Virus record (IMG/VR): IMGVR_UViG_3300009593_000015
Location: 14,251 to 78,250 of that record
Direction: 5' to 3' (one strand)
DNA: 64,000 nt
Source: a virus
Shown: one piece after another, positions 1-9,600 of the stretch
Layout of the letters: each line of letters opens with the position of its first letter
Numbering within the stretch: position 1 is the stretch's first letter
Translations under genes and position numbers: made by a program
Notes under the pieces: model-generated
Database searches by the model: none
Told to the model about the DNA's origin: nothing
The model's input: only the letters and a program-made list of their open reading frames with translations

Positions 1-4
1 TAAA

Positions 5-1306
5 ATGAAGATTTTACTAGAAGGACCAATTCTCACACAGTCCGGATACGGCGAACATACACGTTTAGTCTATAAATCTCTTAAACTAAATGATAAAAAT
101 AAAGTATATGTAAACCCTCTTCGATGGGGTAATACTACTTGGAGTTTGGAAGAAAATCCTGTAAATAAAAATATAGAAAAAGACATAAGAGCTTTGGGAG
201 ACATTTCCCTGAAAGCTCAAAAGGAAAATAGTGATACAAAATTTGATTTACATGTGCATGTAGGAATTATAAATGAATTCGTTCCAAAAGCACTAAAAAG
301 TATTTGCATAACTGCAGGTATAGAGACAGATAGGGTATCTGACGACTGGCTTTTGCGAACATACCAAAACCAGCCGTCAAAAATAATAGTCCCATCATCA
401 CACGCAGCAAACGGATTCTTAAATAGTCGACATGCCGTCTTAGAACCGAAAACTAACACCCAGCATGAAATTGGATATAACATGGATTGCCCAATGGAAA
501 TTATACCTTATCCTGTGAAAAAAGTCTCACCTGAAGATATAGATATTGACTTAGAAACTGACTTCAATTTTCTTTCAATAGCTCTATCAGGCCCCAGAAA
601 AAACTTAGAAGATTTGGTTCGTTGCTTTTTGGAAGAATTCAAAGATGAATCCGTCGGCCTAGTACTCAAGACGGCAGGAGCAAATGGTTCGATTATTGAC
701 AGACACTTTACAATTGAAAGACTCGAAAAGCTGATCAGAAAAGACAAAAATAGAAAATGTAAGATATATTTATTACACGGAGATTTATCCGAGAGTCAAA
801 TTCATTCCCTTTATCAAAGAGATGATATACATGCCTACGTTACTGCCACTCGCGGAGAGGGATATGGACTTCCAATATTTGAAGCAGCATATAGCGGAAT
901 GCCAGTTGTAGCAACAGACTGGTCAGGGCATTTAGATTTTCTTCAGGCTCCCTTTAAAGAGGGAGGAAAAGTAAAAATAAAAAAACTCTTCGCAAAAGTA
1001 AACTATAAATTAGAAAAAATACACCCATCAGCCGTGTGGGATAAAGTTCTCATAGCAGATTCAAAATGGGCCCAAATCGATGAATCTTCCCTTAAAAGAC
1101 AAATGAGAAATGTACTAAAATCGCACGGAAGATATAAGAAGTGGGCAAAGGCACTACAAGAGTATATACTAGAAAACTACGAAGAAAAGAAAATTTTGAG
1201 AAAATTAGAAGAATCTTTGACAGGTAAATCGATGTTTTCTACAGAAATGCATTATAAAAAATTAAACAAGAGAAAGCAAAGTTTAGAAATTTCAGGAACA
1301 CTTTAA
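5..1306 (+). CDS. glycosyltransferase, GT-B fold (GT4 / group 1)
   Basis: N-terminal SGYG motif and C-terminal RGEGYGLPIFEAAYSGMPVVATDWSG (E-x7-E GT4 signature). Confidence 0.85.
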   Translation: MKILLEGPILTQSGYGEHTRLVYKSLKLNDKNKVYVNPLRWGNTTWSLEENPVNKNIEKDIRALGDISLKAQKENSDTKFDLHVHVGIINEFVPKALKSICITAGIETDRVSDDWLLRTYQNQPSKIIVPSSHAANGFLNSRHAVLEPKTNTQHEIGYNMDCPMEIIPYPVKKVSPEDIDIDLETDFNFLSIALSGPRKNLEDLVRCFLEEFKDESVGLVLKTAGANGSIIDRHFTIERLEKLIRKDKNRKCKIYLLHGDLSESQIHSLYQRDDIHAYVTATRGEGYGLPIFEAAYSGMPVVATDWSGHLDFLQAPFKEGGKVKIKKLFAKVNYKLEKIHPSAVWDKVLIADSKWAQIDESSLKRQMRNVLKSHGRYKKWAKALQEYILENYEEKKILRKLEESLTGKSMFSTEMHYKKLNKRKQSLEISGTL

Positions 1307-1322
1307 ATTTTAGGAATAAATT

Positions 1323-2021
1323 ATGGAAGAAAATATAAAAAAAGAAAAAGATATACCATTCAGTTTTTGCATCATAACAGATAATTCAGATGAAGCCATT
1401 CCAAGAATAGAGGAGACAATTGATTCAATCCGACTATTAAGGATACCAGAATTTGAAATCTTAATAATAGGAGGCACCGGAAATAAAATCACCAGATCTG
1501 GCAGTAACATAAAAAAGATAGATTTTAATGAGTCTACAAAATCTGCTTGGCTAACTAAGAAGAAGAATACAATCGCAAAGCATTGCAAATATGAAAACAT
1601 AGTCATGTTTCATGATTATTTCATTTTTCACTTTAGTTGGTACTTTTATTACAAACAATTTTTTAACAAATATGAATATGATATATGTTGTAACCCTATT
1701 CTAATGATGGACGGAAGAAGAGATTACACTGACTGGCTTACTTGGGACCACCCAACAATTGGCCAACAAATCAGCTTACCATATAGTGACTGGAAATATA
1801 CTAAAAACCAATATGTTAGTGGTGGTTATTTTTTAGTTAAAAAACAGTTTTTGATTGATAACCCCTTCGATGAAAGCCTTGCCGCCGGCGACCCTGAAGA
1901 TGTTGAGTGGAGCCTCCGAGTTAGAGATAAAGCAAAAATAATTTGTAACCCTTATTCTTACTGTAAGCAAACAAAGGAACATAGAAATCTAAGAGTAGAT
2001 TTATGGAATAGATTATTATGA
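1323..2021 (+). CDS. glycosyltransferase, GT-A fold (GT2-like)
   Basis: FSFCIIT start strand, KKN..A, MFHDY (DxD-like), SGGYF and EDVEWS motifs typical of GT2. Confidence 0.7.
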   Translation: MEENIKKEKDIPFSFCIITDNSDEAIPRIEETIDSIRLLRIPEFEILIIGGTGNKITRSGSNIKKIDFNESTKSAWLTKKKNTIAKHCKYENIVMFHDYFIFHFSWYFYYKQFFNKYEYDICCNPILMMDGRRDYTDWLTWDHPTIGQQISLPYSDWKYTKNQYVSGGYFLVKKQFLIDNPFDESLAAGDPEDVEWSLRVRDKAKIICNPYSYCKQTKEHRNLRVDLWNRLL

Positions 2022-2542
2022 TTAAATTAGTTATTTTAGATATTGATGGCGTCTTAACCGACGGCCGTAAATACTACAACGAATCCGGCATGCCTTTCGC
2101 AAAGACTTACTGTGATAAGGATTTTACTGCCATCAAGCGCCTTCGAGGCGCCGGAATCGATGTGTGTTTTCTATCGGGGGACGACTTTGTAAACAAGGCC
2201 ATGGCCAAGAATAGAAATATTGATTTTTATTCAGCAAGAGGAAAAGACAAGGCAGACTTCATCCCAGAATTTGAGAGTAAGTATTCGACCCACAGGGCTC
2301 ATATGGTATATATTGGTGATGACTTGTTTGATGCTAGTATGCTAAAAAATGTGGGACACCCTTTTTGCCCAGCCGACGCGTGCTTGGATGTTAAGGAAAT
2401 TTGCGGCGCGCGAAATATTTTGCAATCCCCCGGCGGTCACAACGTGATAATGGAACTTACAAGGGTCCTTCTTGATCGAAAATGGGTTCCTGACGCCAGT
2501 ATGAAACAAATCGAGAACCTGGATAAGGAAGAGAAGTTTTAA
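2018..2542 (+). CDS. HAD phosphatase, KdsC/YrbI-like (sugar-phosphate phosphatase)
   Basis: LDIDGVLTDG motif I, LSG motif II, YIGDDLFD motif IV and C-terminal PADA..GG. Confidence 0.85.
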   Translation: MIKLVILDIDGVLTDGRKYYNESGMPFAKTYCDKDFTAIKRLRGAGIDVCFLSGDDFVNKAMAKNRNIDFYSARGKDKADFIPEFESKYSTHRAHMVYIGDDLFDASMLKNVGHPFCPADACLDVKEICGARNILQSPGGHNVIMELTRVLLDRKWVPDASMKQIENLDKEEKF

Positions 2543-3249
2543 TGACCCCACGGCCCCATCAAACCGGCCTGCTTTTAACTCACCTATTCGTCCGCCCGGG
2601 CCAAGAATACAAATTCCAAATGTTAAAATATGTAATAGATTTCTATAAAAATATAGACAATAATTTTTTTATAGTCATTTCAGGCCACGGCCAGGTGCCA
2701 CCAGAAGATATACAATCCCAGGTAGATGGGGTATACTGGGAACAACAGATAGATGAACGCCAAATAGGCCGCGGCCACGCAAAGCTCTGCATAGAGGGGT
2801 TTAAGATATTAAAAAACAACAAAATAGACAATTGCATAAAGGCTAGATATTGTGATGTTGTTCAAAATGTAAGTTTAATCACTAAAGCAATATCTCAAAA
2901 TAAACTAATGTTTACTGAGCAAACGTGTTTAGCTGATAGGATGTTGGGTGATCTACTAATGTCTGGCAATACAGAAGCTCTGTATGATCTATGGTCTATG
3001 TGTGATTGGGACTATTCTAAAAGTGGATTATATAATCTTTATGATAATTTAGAATCTTATGCAAGAAAGATAAATTTATCACCAAAGAAATACTTAGAGT
3101 GTAATTGTGTTTTTCACAAGCCAGAAGATCTATTGTGGTTTACGATTGAACACAATTGGTCTCAGCACGAATCCACCCTTGTAGAGCCTTTGTGTGATAA
3201 GCATTTATGGGGAAGGAAATTAAATTATGAATACTATGGAGGTTTTTAA
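2542..3249 (+). CDS. hypothetical protein, possible glycosyltransferase-like/WavE-like
   Basis: 235-aa ORF coupled to the upstream gene (TAATG) inside the glycan cluster; weak IKARYCD resemblance to the WavE-type K-x-R-x-D motif. Confidence 0.4.
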   Translation: MTPRPHQTGLLLTHLFVRPGQEYKFQMLKYVIDFYKNIDNNFFIVISGHGQVPPEDIQSQVDGVYWEQQIDERQIGRGHAKLCIEGFKILKNNKIDNCIKARYCDVVQNVSLITKAISQNKLMFTEQTCLADRMLGDLLMSGNTEALYDLWSMCDWDYSKSGLYNLYDNLESYARKINLSPKKYLECNCVFHKPEDLLWFTIEHNWSQHESTLVEPLCDKHLWGRKLNYEYYGGF

Positions 3250-3259
3250 ATAAAAAATT

Positions 3260-3889
3260 ATGCCATTTATAAATCATACTCATAAGTTTGTATTTCTCGG
3301 CAATGCTCGATGTGCTAGTACAAGCATGTATCAAGAGATAGCAAAGAACTCGAAAGAAGATTCTACATCCTGGCCAGGAGGAATAGCTGCAAAACCTAAT
3401 TCTTATCATATGGGTGTAAAAGAATTACTAAGAAAACACCCCTATACCGAGACATACTATAAATTTTGTTTTGTGAGGAACCCTTGGGATCGCTTTCTTT
3501 CATCATATAGAGAATTTAAAATGGATCGTCACTCCGAATGGAACTCTGAAATAAAAACATTTAAAAGTTTTGAAGAGTTTTGTATTGGTTTTAGAGACAC
3601 GTCTTTAGTTTCTGATATACATTTTGTGCCACTATATGATCAAATTTGTAGTTTTGAAAGCACAATGGCAATTGATTACGTCGCCAGATTTGAAAATTTA
3701 ACAGAAGATTACGCAAATATAATGAAAGTACTCAACAAGCCACAGGAATTAAGCTTTCACTCTAGGCACCAGAAAGAAGAAAAGCACTATACAGAGAATT
3801 ACACATCCAAAACTAGAGATATAATAGGCAAAATTTATAGCAAAGATATCGACGCTTTTAATTATTTTTTCCAAAAGGCAGATAGTTGA
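3260..3889 (+). CDS. sulfotransferase (Sulfotransfer_2 family)
   Basis: FVFLGNARCASTS (5'-PSB-like), FVRNPWDRFLSSY (3'-PB), RFENL and YSKDIDAFNY end motif. Confidence 0.8.
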   Translation: MPFINHTHKFVFLGNARCASTSMYQEIAKNSKEDSTSWPGGIAAKPNSYHMGVKELLRKHPYTETYYKFCFVRNPWDRFLSSYREFKMDRHSEWNSEIKTFKSFEEFCIGFRDTSLVSDIHFVPLYDQICSFESTMAIDYVARFENLTEDYANIMKVLNKPQELSFHSRHQKEEKHYTENYTSKTRDIIGKIYSKDIDAFNYFFQKADS

Positions 3890-3891
3890 CA

Positions 3892-4596
3892 ATGAGAGTC
3901 GCCCTGCTAGGAAAAAAATATAAAGACAAAATATATCACATAAAAAATTTAAGAAAAGGAGAGACCAACGTTTCTGATTTTTATAATGAGAGGTTAGGAG
4001 GAGCGCATAATTTCTTAAACAAAGAATCAGAAAACAATAATTTACTATTTGAACCTTTTTTAAGGGGCGAAAAAATAGCAACAATTATTAATGACAAAGA
4101 AGAGAGTACTAGAACCTCTTTCACCTATGAAGTGGAAGAGTCAAACATTACAGGTGATGATATAGATAAGATTAACTCTGACTATGATTGGCTGCATGTG
4201 TGCTATATTGATGACATTGGCCCTTTACAATCGCTACAAAAAGTAAAAATACCTATCAGTTTGGACTTTTGCACTTTAACTCCTCGTTCTCGATATATGA
4301 ATATTATAATGAGGTCTGAATTTGTATTTGATTCTAGGGAAAGGCTTAACCTATATGACACATTAAAGTTTAAAAATCCTTTAATTTTGCATGACCCTTG
4401 CGGGGTAGATGTTAGAATATTGGGCGAAATAAAGCACTCGGCTAAAATGGTCCCAGTCCAGGGACTTTCAGTAAACGGCGCCGGCGACATGTTTGCTAAA
4501 AATTTTATTAAAAATTTTACAAAACATGGTATACTTAAATCATCAACAATGGCCATGACGGAGACGACTAGCCAATTACTGAGGAGAAAACATTGA
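3892..4596 (+). CDS. PfkB/ribokinase-like carbohydrate kinase (divergent)
   Basis: GGAHN near the N-terminus and C-terminal VNGAGDMFA anion-hole motif; alternative TTG start at 3886. Confidence 0.6.
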   Translation: MRVALLGKKYKDKIYHIKNLRKGETNVSDFYNERLGGAHNFLNKESENNNLLFEPFLRGEKIATIINDKEESTRTSFTYEVEESNITGDDIDKINSDYDWLHVCYIDDIGPLQSLQKVKIPISLDFCTLTPRSRYMNIIMRSEFVFDSRERLNLYDTLKFKNPLILHDPCGVDVRILGEIKHSAKMVPVQGLSVNGAGDMFAKNFIKNFTKHGILKSSTMAMTETTSQLLRRKH

Positions 4597-5756
4597 AAAA
4601 ACGATTTAATTTACTTTTACCCATTGCTGGAGCCGCAAAAAGGTTTTCAGACGTGGGGTACACGATGCCAAAGCCACTTATTATGGCGAACAACAAACAC
4701 ATTATTGATTGGTCAATGGAATCAATGAAGCTTGACGAGTGTAACATTACATTTGTTGTGAGGGCAGAACATGTTTATAACTTTTCTATTGATGAAATTT
4801 TAAGACAAAAATTTGGAAAAGATGTAAATATAGTTGTTTTAGACAGGATGACTAGAGGATCCGTCGAGACTTGTCTCAAGGCTAAGGAGTTTATTGACAA
4901 TGATATGCCCCTAATTATTTACACACCTGACGTCTACTTTGAGAACCAACTAGACCCTGCTTCTATAGATCCGGATTTAGATGGGTTTGTTCTAACATTT
5001 AAAGCTAACTCTCCAGCCCATAGCTATGTGAAGATGGGTGAAGATGGGTTCGCAACTAAGACAGCCGAAAAGGAAGTTATTTCACAAGATGCTGCGGTAG
5101 GGGTCTATCACTATAAAACAGGAAAAATGTTTATTAAATATGCAGAAGAACTTATAGACGAAAACATAACCGTAAAGAATGAATTTTATTTGTGCCCTAT
5201 GTACAACTTAATGATCAAAGACGGATTAAAAATAAAGACCAGATCTGCCGAAAAGATGCATGTACTGGGGACCCCTGCAGAATTAGAATTTTTTACTAAT
5301 TATGTTGTTCAGCGCTTTGGCGAAAAGCCAGTTGCGTTATGTTGTGACCATTCAGGTTATGAATTGAAGGAGGCTTCAAAAAAGCTTTTAGAGGATAATG
5401 GGGTTCCGTTTATTGATTTTGGAACCCTTATGAATAAAGATTGTGACTATAACGATTATGTATCGCAGGCTATGATGGCCATAGAAACAAAGGTGTGTGA
5501 TTTTGCAATGGGCTTCTGCCGCACCGGCCAGGGTGTAAATATGTTAGCAAACACTTCGAAGCATATTCGAGGAGCTCTTGTTTTCGATGAGTATACGGCT
5601 GAACACTCAGTTAGGCATAACTGTGCAAACTTTTTCACAATACCAGAGAAGTACGTCTCAGAAGAAGAGTTAAACAATATGATCAAAGTATGGAAAGTGA
5701 CCACGTTCGACGGCGGCCGCCACATGACAAGAATGAAGAAGACTATAGAGAATTAA
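4593..5756 (+). CDS. sugar nucleotidyltransferase (BcbE-like) fused to RpiB-type sugar-phosphate isomerase
   Basis: N-terminal PIAGAAKRF..GYTMPKPLI, TRGSVET, EKEVIS, NEFY; C-terminal DHSGYELK, DYNDY, FCRTGQG, HNCAN, FDGGRH..R; TTG start with GAGGAG RBS. Confidence 0.85.
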   Translation: MKKRFNLLLPIAGAAKRFSDVGYTMPKPLIMANNKHIIDWSMESMKLDECNITFVVRAEHVYNFSIDEILRQKFGKDVNIVVLDRMTRGSVETCLKAKEFIDNDMPLIIYTPDVYFENQLDPASIDPDLDGFVLTFKANSPAHSYVKMGEDGFATKTAEKEVISQDAAVGVYHYKTGKMFIKYAEELIDENITVKNEFYLCPMYNLMIKDGLKIKTRSAEKMHVLGTPAELEFFTNYVVQRFGEKPVALCCDHSGYELKEASKKLLEDNGVPFIDFGTLMNKDCDYNDYVSQAMMAIETKVCDFAMGFCRTGQGVNMLANTSKHIRGALVFDEYTAEHSVRHNCANFFTIPEKYVSEEELNNMIKVWKVTTFDGGRHMTRMKKTIEN

Positions 5757-5757
5757 T

Positions 5758-6495
5758 ATGAGAGATAGATTTGACGTCGAGAATGGTGATATAAAACAAT
5801 TAGAAGCAAACCTGTTTAGAGAATATAACTTATTTTATATACATATTCCAAAAACAGGGGGAAACACAGTTTTAAGGACTCTTCGAAAAGAAGTGGGAGA
5901 AGACATTTCTGAAGATATCGATAACGAAAATCTTATTAGACGCTTCGGCGCCGAAAACAAAAGAGCGCATACAACAACCGATGAGCTGTTCACTAGTCAT
6001 CTTAAGATGACAAAGGGATTTAAAAATACTTTAGACGACAATATTATGGTGTTTTCAACAGTTAGAAACCCATTCGACCGCGCCTATTCGCTTTATATGT
6101 GGTCAAAATATGGTATTGATAAAAATATTTTTAAAACCAGTGAATATAATAAATTTTTCATGCGCATAAGCACTTTTGAACAATTTCTTGAAGATTCTCA
6201 AAAAGTTAATTATCCTTTATTTGAAATGTGTAAGCCCCAGAGCGACTGGTTATATGACAGTACCGGTCAAAAACTGTTCGATATAGCTTGTAAACTAGAA
6301 AACTTAAGAGAAGATATGAGCACTGTCTGCCAGCATGCTGGCATAAAAATCAGATCTAATATGTTTAAGTATAAAATTAATATGAACCCCTTGAGAGGAA
6401 ACCTGCATTATCATGATGCATATAATATGACAACTAAAAATATGGTCCAAGAAATTTACAAAAAAGACCTAGAGAATTTTAATTATGATTTTTAA
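5758..6495 (+). CDS. sulfotransferase (Sulfotransfer_2 family)
   Basis: YIHIPKTGGNT, VRNPFDRAYSLY, KPQSDWL and YKKDLENFNYDF motifs. Confidence 0.85.
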   Translation: MRDRFDVENGDIKQLEANLFREYNLFYIHIPKTGGNTVLRTLRKEVGEDISEDIDNENLIRRFGAENKRAHTTTDELFTSHLKMTKGFKNTLDDNIMVFSTVRNPFDRAYSLYMWSKYGIDKNIFKTSEYNKFFMRISTFEQFLEDSQKVNYPLFEMCKPQSDWLYDSTGQKLFDIACKLENLREDMSTVCQHAGIKIRSNMFKYKINMNPLRGNLHYHDAYNMTTKNMVQEIYKKDLENFNYDF

Positions 6496-6515
6496 AACAA
6501 CGAGAAAGAATTAAT

Positions 6516-7163
6516 ATGAGAGATATAGAATTAAACAAGAGGCTTTTAAAATTGCTATACGACCACAACGAAGAACATGTGGGTAGTTGTTTTTCTTGCA
6601 TAGATATAATTGATGATATCTTTTCTAAAAAGCACGAAGATGATATTTTTATATTATCAAACGGCCATGCCGCATATGCTCTATATACTATATTAGAAAA
6701 GTATTACGATCATATCGACGCCGATGATCTTGTTAAAAAGCACGGTGGCCACCCTAATTGGGATGAAGACAATCACATTTATTGCTCAACAGGGTCATTG
6801 GGTATGGGCATCATGATGGCCATCGGACGAGCTTTGGGAAACCCAAACAGAACAGTGCACGTTATGATTAGTGACGGAGAATCCACAGAGGGATCAGTGT
6901 GGGAAGCTCTTCGATTTATAGAAGAGAAGGGTGTTAAAAACATCGAAGTACATGTGAACGCAAATGGGTATGCCTGTTATGACGAAATGGATGTTGATTA
7001 TCTTGAAAGAAGATGTAAAGCTTTCTTGCCAAGAATTCATTACCACAGAACAGAAAAAGAAACTTTTCCGTTCCCTTTCTTACATGGCATTGATGCACAC
7101 TATTTAAAAATCAATGACCAACAATATAAAGAGGCTTTGGAGATTTTAAATAATGAGTGTTAG
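6516..7163 (+). CDS. transketolase-like, N-terminal TPP-binding subunit
   Basis: HVGS, LSNGHA, GHP, STGSLGMG, SDGE..EGSVWEA...NANG. Confidence 0.85.
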   Translation: MRDIELNKRLLKLLYDHNEEHVGSCFSCIDIIDDIFSKKHEDDIFILSNGHAAYALYTILEKYYDHIDADDLVKKHGGHPNWDEDNHIYCSTGSLGMGIMMAIGRALGNPNRTVHVMISDGESTEGSVWEALRFIEEKGVKNIEVHVNANGYACYDEMDVDYLERRCKAFLPRIHYHRTEKETFPFPFLHGIDAHYLKINDQQYKEALEILNNEC

Positions 7164-7632
7164 AAAAGTATTTGCAAAGTGCCTCTACGACGAGATGAAA
7201 GAAAATGAGAATATAGTCTTTGTTATAGGGGACTTGGGTTATAAACATTTCGATAAGATAAGAGAGGATTTTCCTGATCGGGTTCACAATCCCGGCGCAG
7301 CCGAGCAATTAATGCTAGGCATGGCTTGCGGTTTAGCAATGGAAGGTAAAATACCAGTGTGTTATTCTATGACCCCTTTTATACTTTATCGGCCATTTGA
7401 GATCATAAGAACATATATTGATCATGAAAAAATACCAGTTATCTTAGCAGCCGGCGGCCGCGGCAAAGATTATGGCGCCGCAGGATTTTCTCACTGGGCA
7501 ACTGACGACAAGGAACATTTATCGGGGTTTCATAATATAGAAAAGTCTTGGCCTTCAGAAGAAGAACTTGAAAGAAACTTCAGTGAAATTTTGAAATCTA
7601 AGACACCGCATTATATAAATTTATCAAGGTAG
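7153..7632 (+). CDS. transketolase-like, pyrimidine-binding subunit (no C-terminal domain)
   Basis: GDLG, FPDR..N.GAAEQ..LGMACGLA.EG, YRPFEIIR and G.SH motifs; only 159 aa. Confidence 0.8.
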   Translation: MSVRKVFAKCLYDEMKENENIVFVIGDLGYKHFDKIREDFPDRVHNPGAAEQLMLGMACGLAMEGKIPVCYSMTPFILYRPFEIIRTYIDHEKIPVILAAGGRGKDYGAAGFSHWATDDKEHLSGFHNIEKSWPSEEELERNFSEILKSKTPHYINLSR

Positions 7633-7635
7633 AAA

Positions 7636-8385
7636 ATGACAATAAACAAAAAAGACATAACTATAATAATTCAAGGCCCACTGAACAAGACAAGTTTAGA
7701 TAAATTAGAACATTACGTTGAATTTGGAAAAATTATCGTATCTCACTGGGCGGAAGATTCCTTAGACCTTCAGCAACAACTTATAGAAGCACAAGTTAAA
7801 TATTCTAACATAAGTTCTATCTCTTCAAGCGACCCTCCGGATCCATATGATCATCCTGGTCTGATAGGTTCGGTACAAAAGAAGGATTATAGATACCATC
7901 AATTTCAATCCACGCACGAAGCTTTAAAAATATGCAAAACAAAATACGCGATAAAAACAAGAAGTGATGAGTATTGGTTGGGTCTAGAGCCCTTGTTAGA
8001 AAAATTCTCAGAAGATGATAATAAAATGGTTACATCAAACGTTTTTTGTAAACCATATTACCCTCAGCCTTATCATATTTCTGATCACTTAATGCTGGCT
8101 AAGACAGACTTGTTTCTTGAGAGTCTAGAAATGATAGCTATAAACGAGAGAGAAACTTTAAATGTTGTAGCAACGGAATGTACTTTTGGGATTGGGTTTT
8201 TGCACGCAAAACACGGAGAAAAACTACCCACCAACAAGGAATCGTTTGAGAAAGATTTTGCATATGTCAACATAAACGAATTTAAAGGTTATCTTGTTAG
8301 ATGGAATACACCCCCCCGCGGCCCAAAGTTAGTTTGGCAAAAGCCCGAAGGTCTAGAATATATGGGAGAAAATGGAGTTGTCTGA
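7636..8385 (+). CDS. WavE-like lipopolysaccharide-synthesis protein
   Basis: DITIIIQGP, IIVSHW, QFQST..AL, YAIKTRSDE and HISDH motifs. Confidence 0.6.
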   Translation: MTINKKDITIIIQGPLNKTSLDKLEHYVEFGKIIVSHWAEDSLDLQQQLIEAQVKYSNISSISSSDPPDPYDHPGLIGSVQKKDYRYHQFQSTHEALKICKTKYAIKTRSDEYWLGLEPLLEKFSEDDNKMVTSNVFCKPYYPQPYHISDHLMLAKTDLFLESLEMIAINERETLNVVATECTFGIGFLHAKHGEKLPTNKESFEKDFAYVNINEFKGYLVRWNTPPRGPKLVWQKPEGLEYMGENGVV

Positions 8386-8388
8386 AAA

Positions 8389-8853
8389 ATGAGAATAATT
8401 TCCCACCGAGGATGCCAAGAAGGCCCGAACAAAGAAATAGAAAATAATCCAAAACAAATCAGCAAGATGATCAACGAAGGGTTTGATGTTGAAATCGATG
8501 TATTTTGCGATGATAAAACAGGGTTTTATTTAGGACACGACTCACCAACTCATCGTGTCGATATAGACTTTCTTAAGACACCCGGCCTATGGTGTCACGC
8601 AAAAGACCCTCACTCGCTGTCAAACATGTTACAAAACAACATACATTGCTTCTGGCACCAGCAAGACGACTTTACGATAACTAGTAAAAACTATATTTGG
8701 GCTTATCCTGGAATTGAAACATCCGGAAAAAACACGGTAATGTTGTACCCTGAAAAGTACCCCGATATAGATTGTTTTAAATATTACGCTATTTGCACTG
8801 ATTACCCATATGAATTTTTAAAAAAAAGGAGACAAGTTCATGAAATTATCTAA
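8389..8853 (+). CDS. short glycerophosphodiester phosphodiesterase-like protein
   Basis: IISHRG..G...ENNP, GFDVEIDV, LGHD, WCHAK and ICTDY motifs. Confidence 0.75.
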   Translation: MRIISHRGCQEGPNKEIENNPKQISKMINEGFDVEIDVFCDDKTGFYLGHDSPTHRVDIDFLKTPGLWCHAKDPHSLSNMLQNNIHCFWHQQDDFTITSKNYIWAYPGIETSGKNTVMLYPEKYPDIDCFKYYAICTDYPYEFLKKRRQVHEII

Positions 8854-9046
8854 CCAAGCAATGGGAGCTATTATGATGGCTTTACAAAAATCACTTCTGG
8901 AGCAGACGGACATCACTCCAACACTCAAAGGTTTTATTTTTGAGCGAAATGAGAATGAAGAGCTCATCGTTAGGAATCCTCCAACTTTTAAGATAGGAGA
9001 GGAAACCTTTACTCCAGAAATAAACAAAACAGCTGGTTCTGATTGA
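8840..9046 (+). CDS. hypothetical phage protein
   Basis: 68-aa ORF with AGGAG RBS, overlapping its neighbours. Confidence 0.6.
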   Translation: MKLSNQAMGAIMMALQKSLLEQTDITPTLKGFIFERNENEELIVRNPPTFKIGEETFTPEINKTAGSD

Positions 9047-9294
9047 TGCCGGTATATTGTTATAGATGTGTTGACTGTTCGTGTGAATTCGAAATTAAAC
9101 ACAAAATGTCTTTCGATTCGCAGCTTTGTATAAAGTGTGAATCGGAGAATATATTTAAAGTACCAGCTCTTCTAAAAAAGAAGAGTCAGGTTTTTTCTTC
9201 ACCTCGAACGGGGGCTATTGTAGACGAATATATTAAAGACACCAAAGAAGAAATAAAAAAAGAAAAGAAAAACATGAAGTTAAGAGAGGTGTAG
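9046..9294 (+). CDS. FmdB-family zinc-ribbon protein
   Basis: MPVYCYRCVDC..EFE and CIKCES cysteine pairs. Confidence 0.7.
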   Translation: MPVYCYRCVDCSCEFEIKHKMSFDSQLCIKCESENIFKVPALLKKKSQVFSSPRTGAIVDEYIKDTKEEIKKEKKNMKLREV

Positions 9295-9297
9295 AAC

Positions 9298-9600
9298 ATG
9301 TGGTTTTGGTTTTTTGTGTTTAGTTTTTTAATAAACATATTGTCGCTTTTTTATGTTAGATGGCTTTTGAGATCATTGGCAATAATAAATGAAGACGTCG
9401 CAAGTGCAAATGAAATAATATTAAATTTTACTCTTCATACGAAAAGTATTTATGAGATGGAAATGTTTTACGGAGATGAGACTCTTAAGTCTCTCATCGA
9501 TCACGCGACAGAAGTATCTAAGCGTCTTGAGGACCTAGATCTTCTTTTGGACGAAACAGGAGATTCAAGTGATAAAGAAGAAGAGAAAAAAGAGAACTAA
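9298..9600 (+). CDS. hypothetical membrane-anchored protein
   Basis: N-terminal hydrophobic helix, YEMEMFYGDETL segment, GAGG RBS. Confidence 0.6.
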   Translation: MWFWFFVFSFLINILSLFYVRWLLRSLAIINEDVASANEIILNFTLHTKSIYEMEMFYGDETLKSLIDHATEVSKRLEDLDLLLDETGDSSDKEEEKKEN

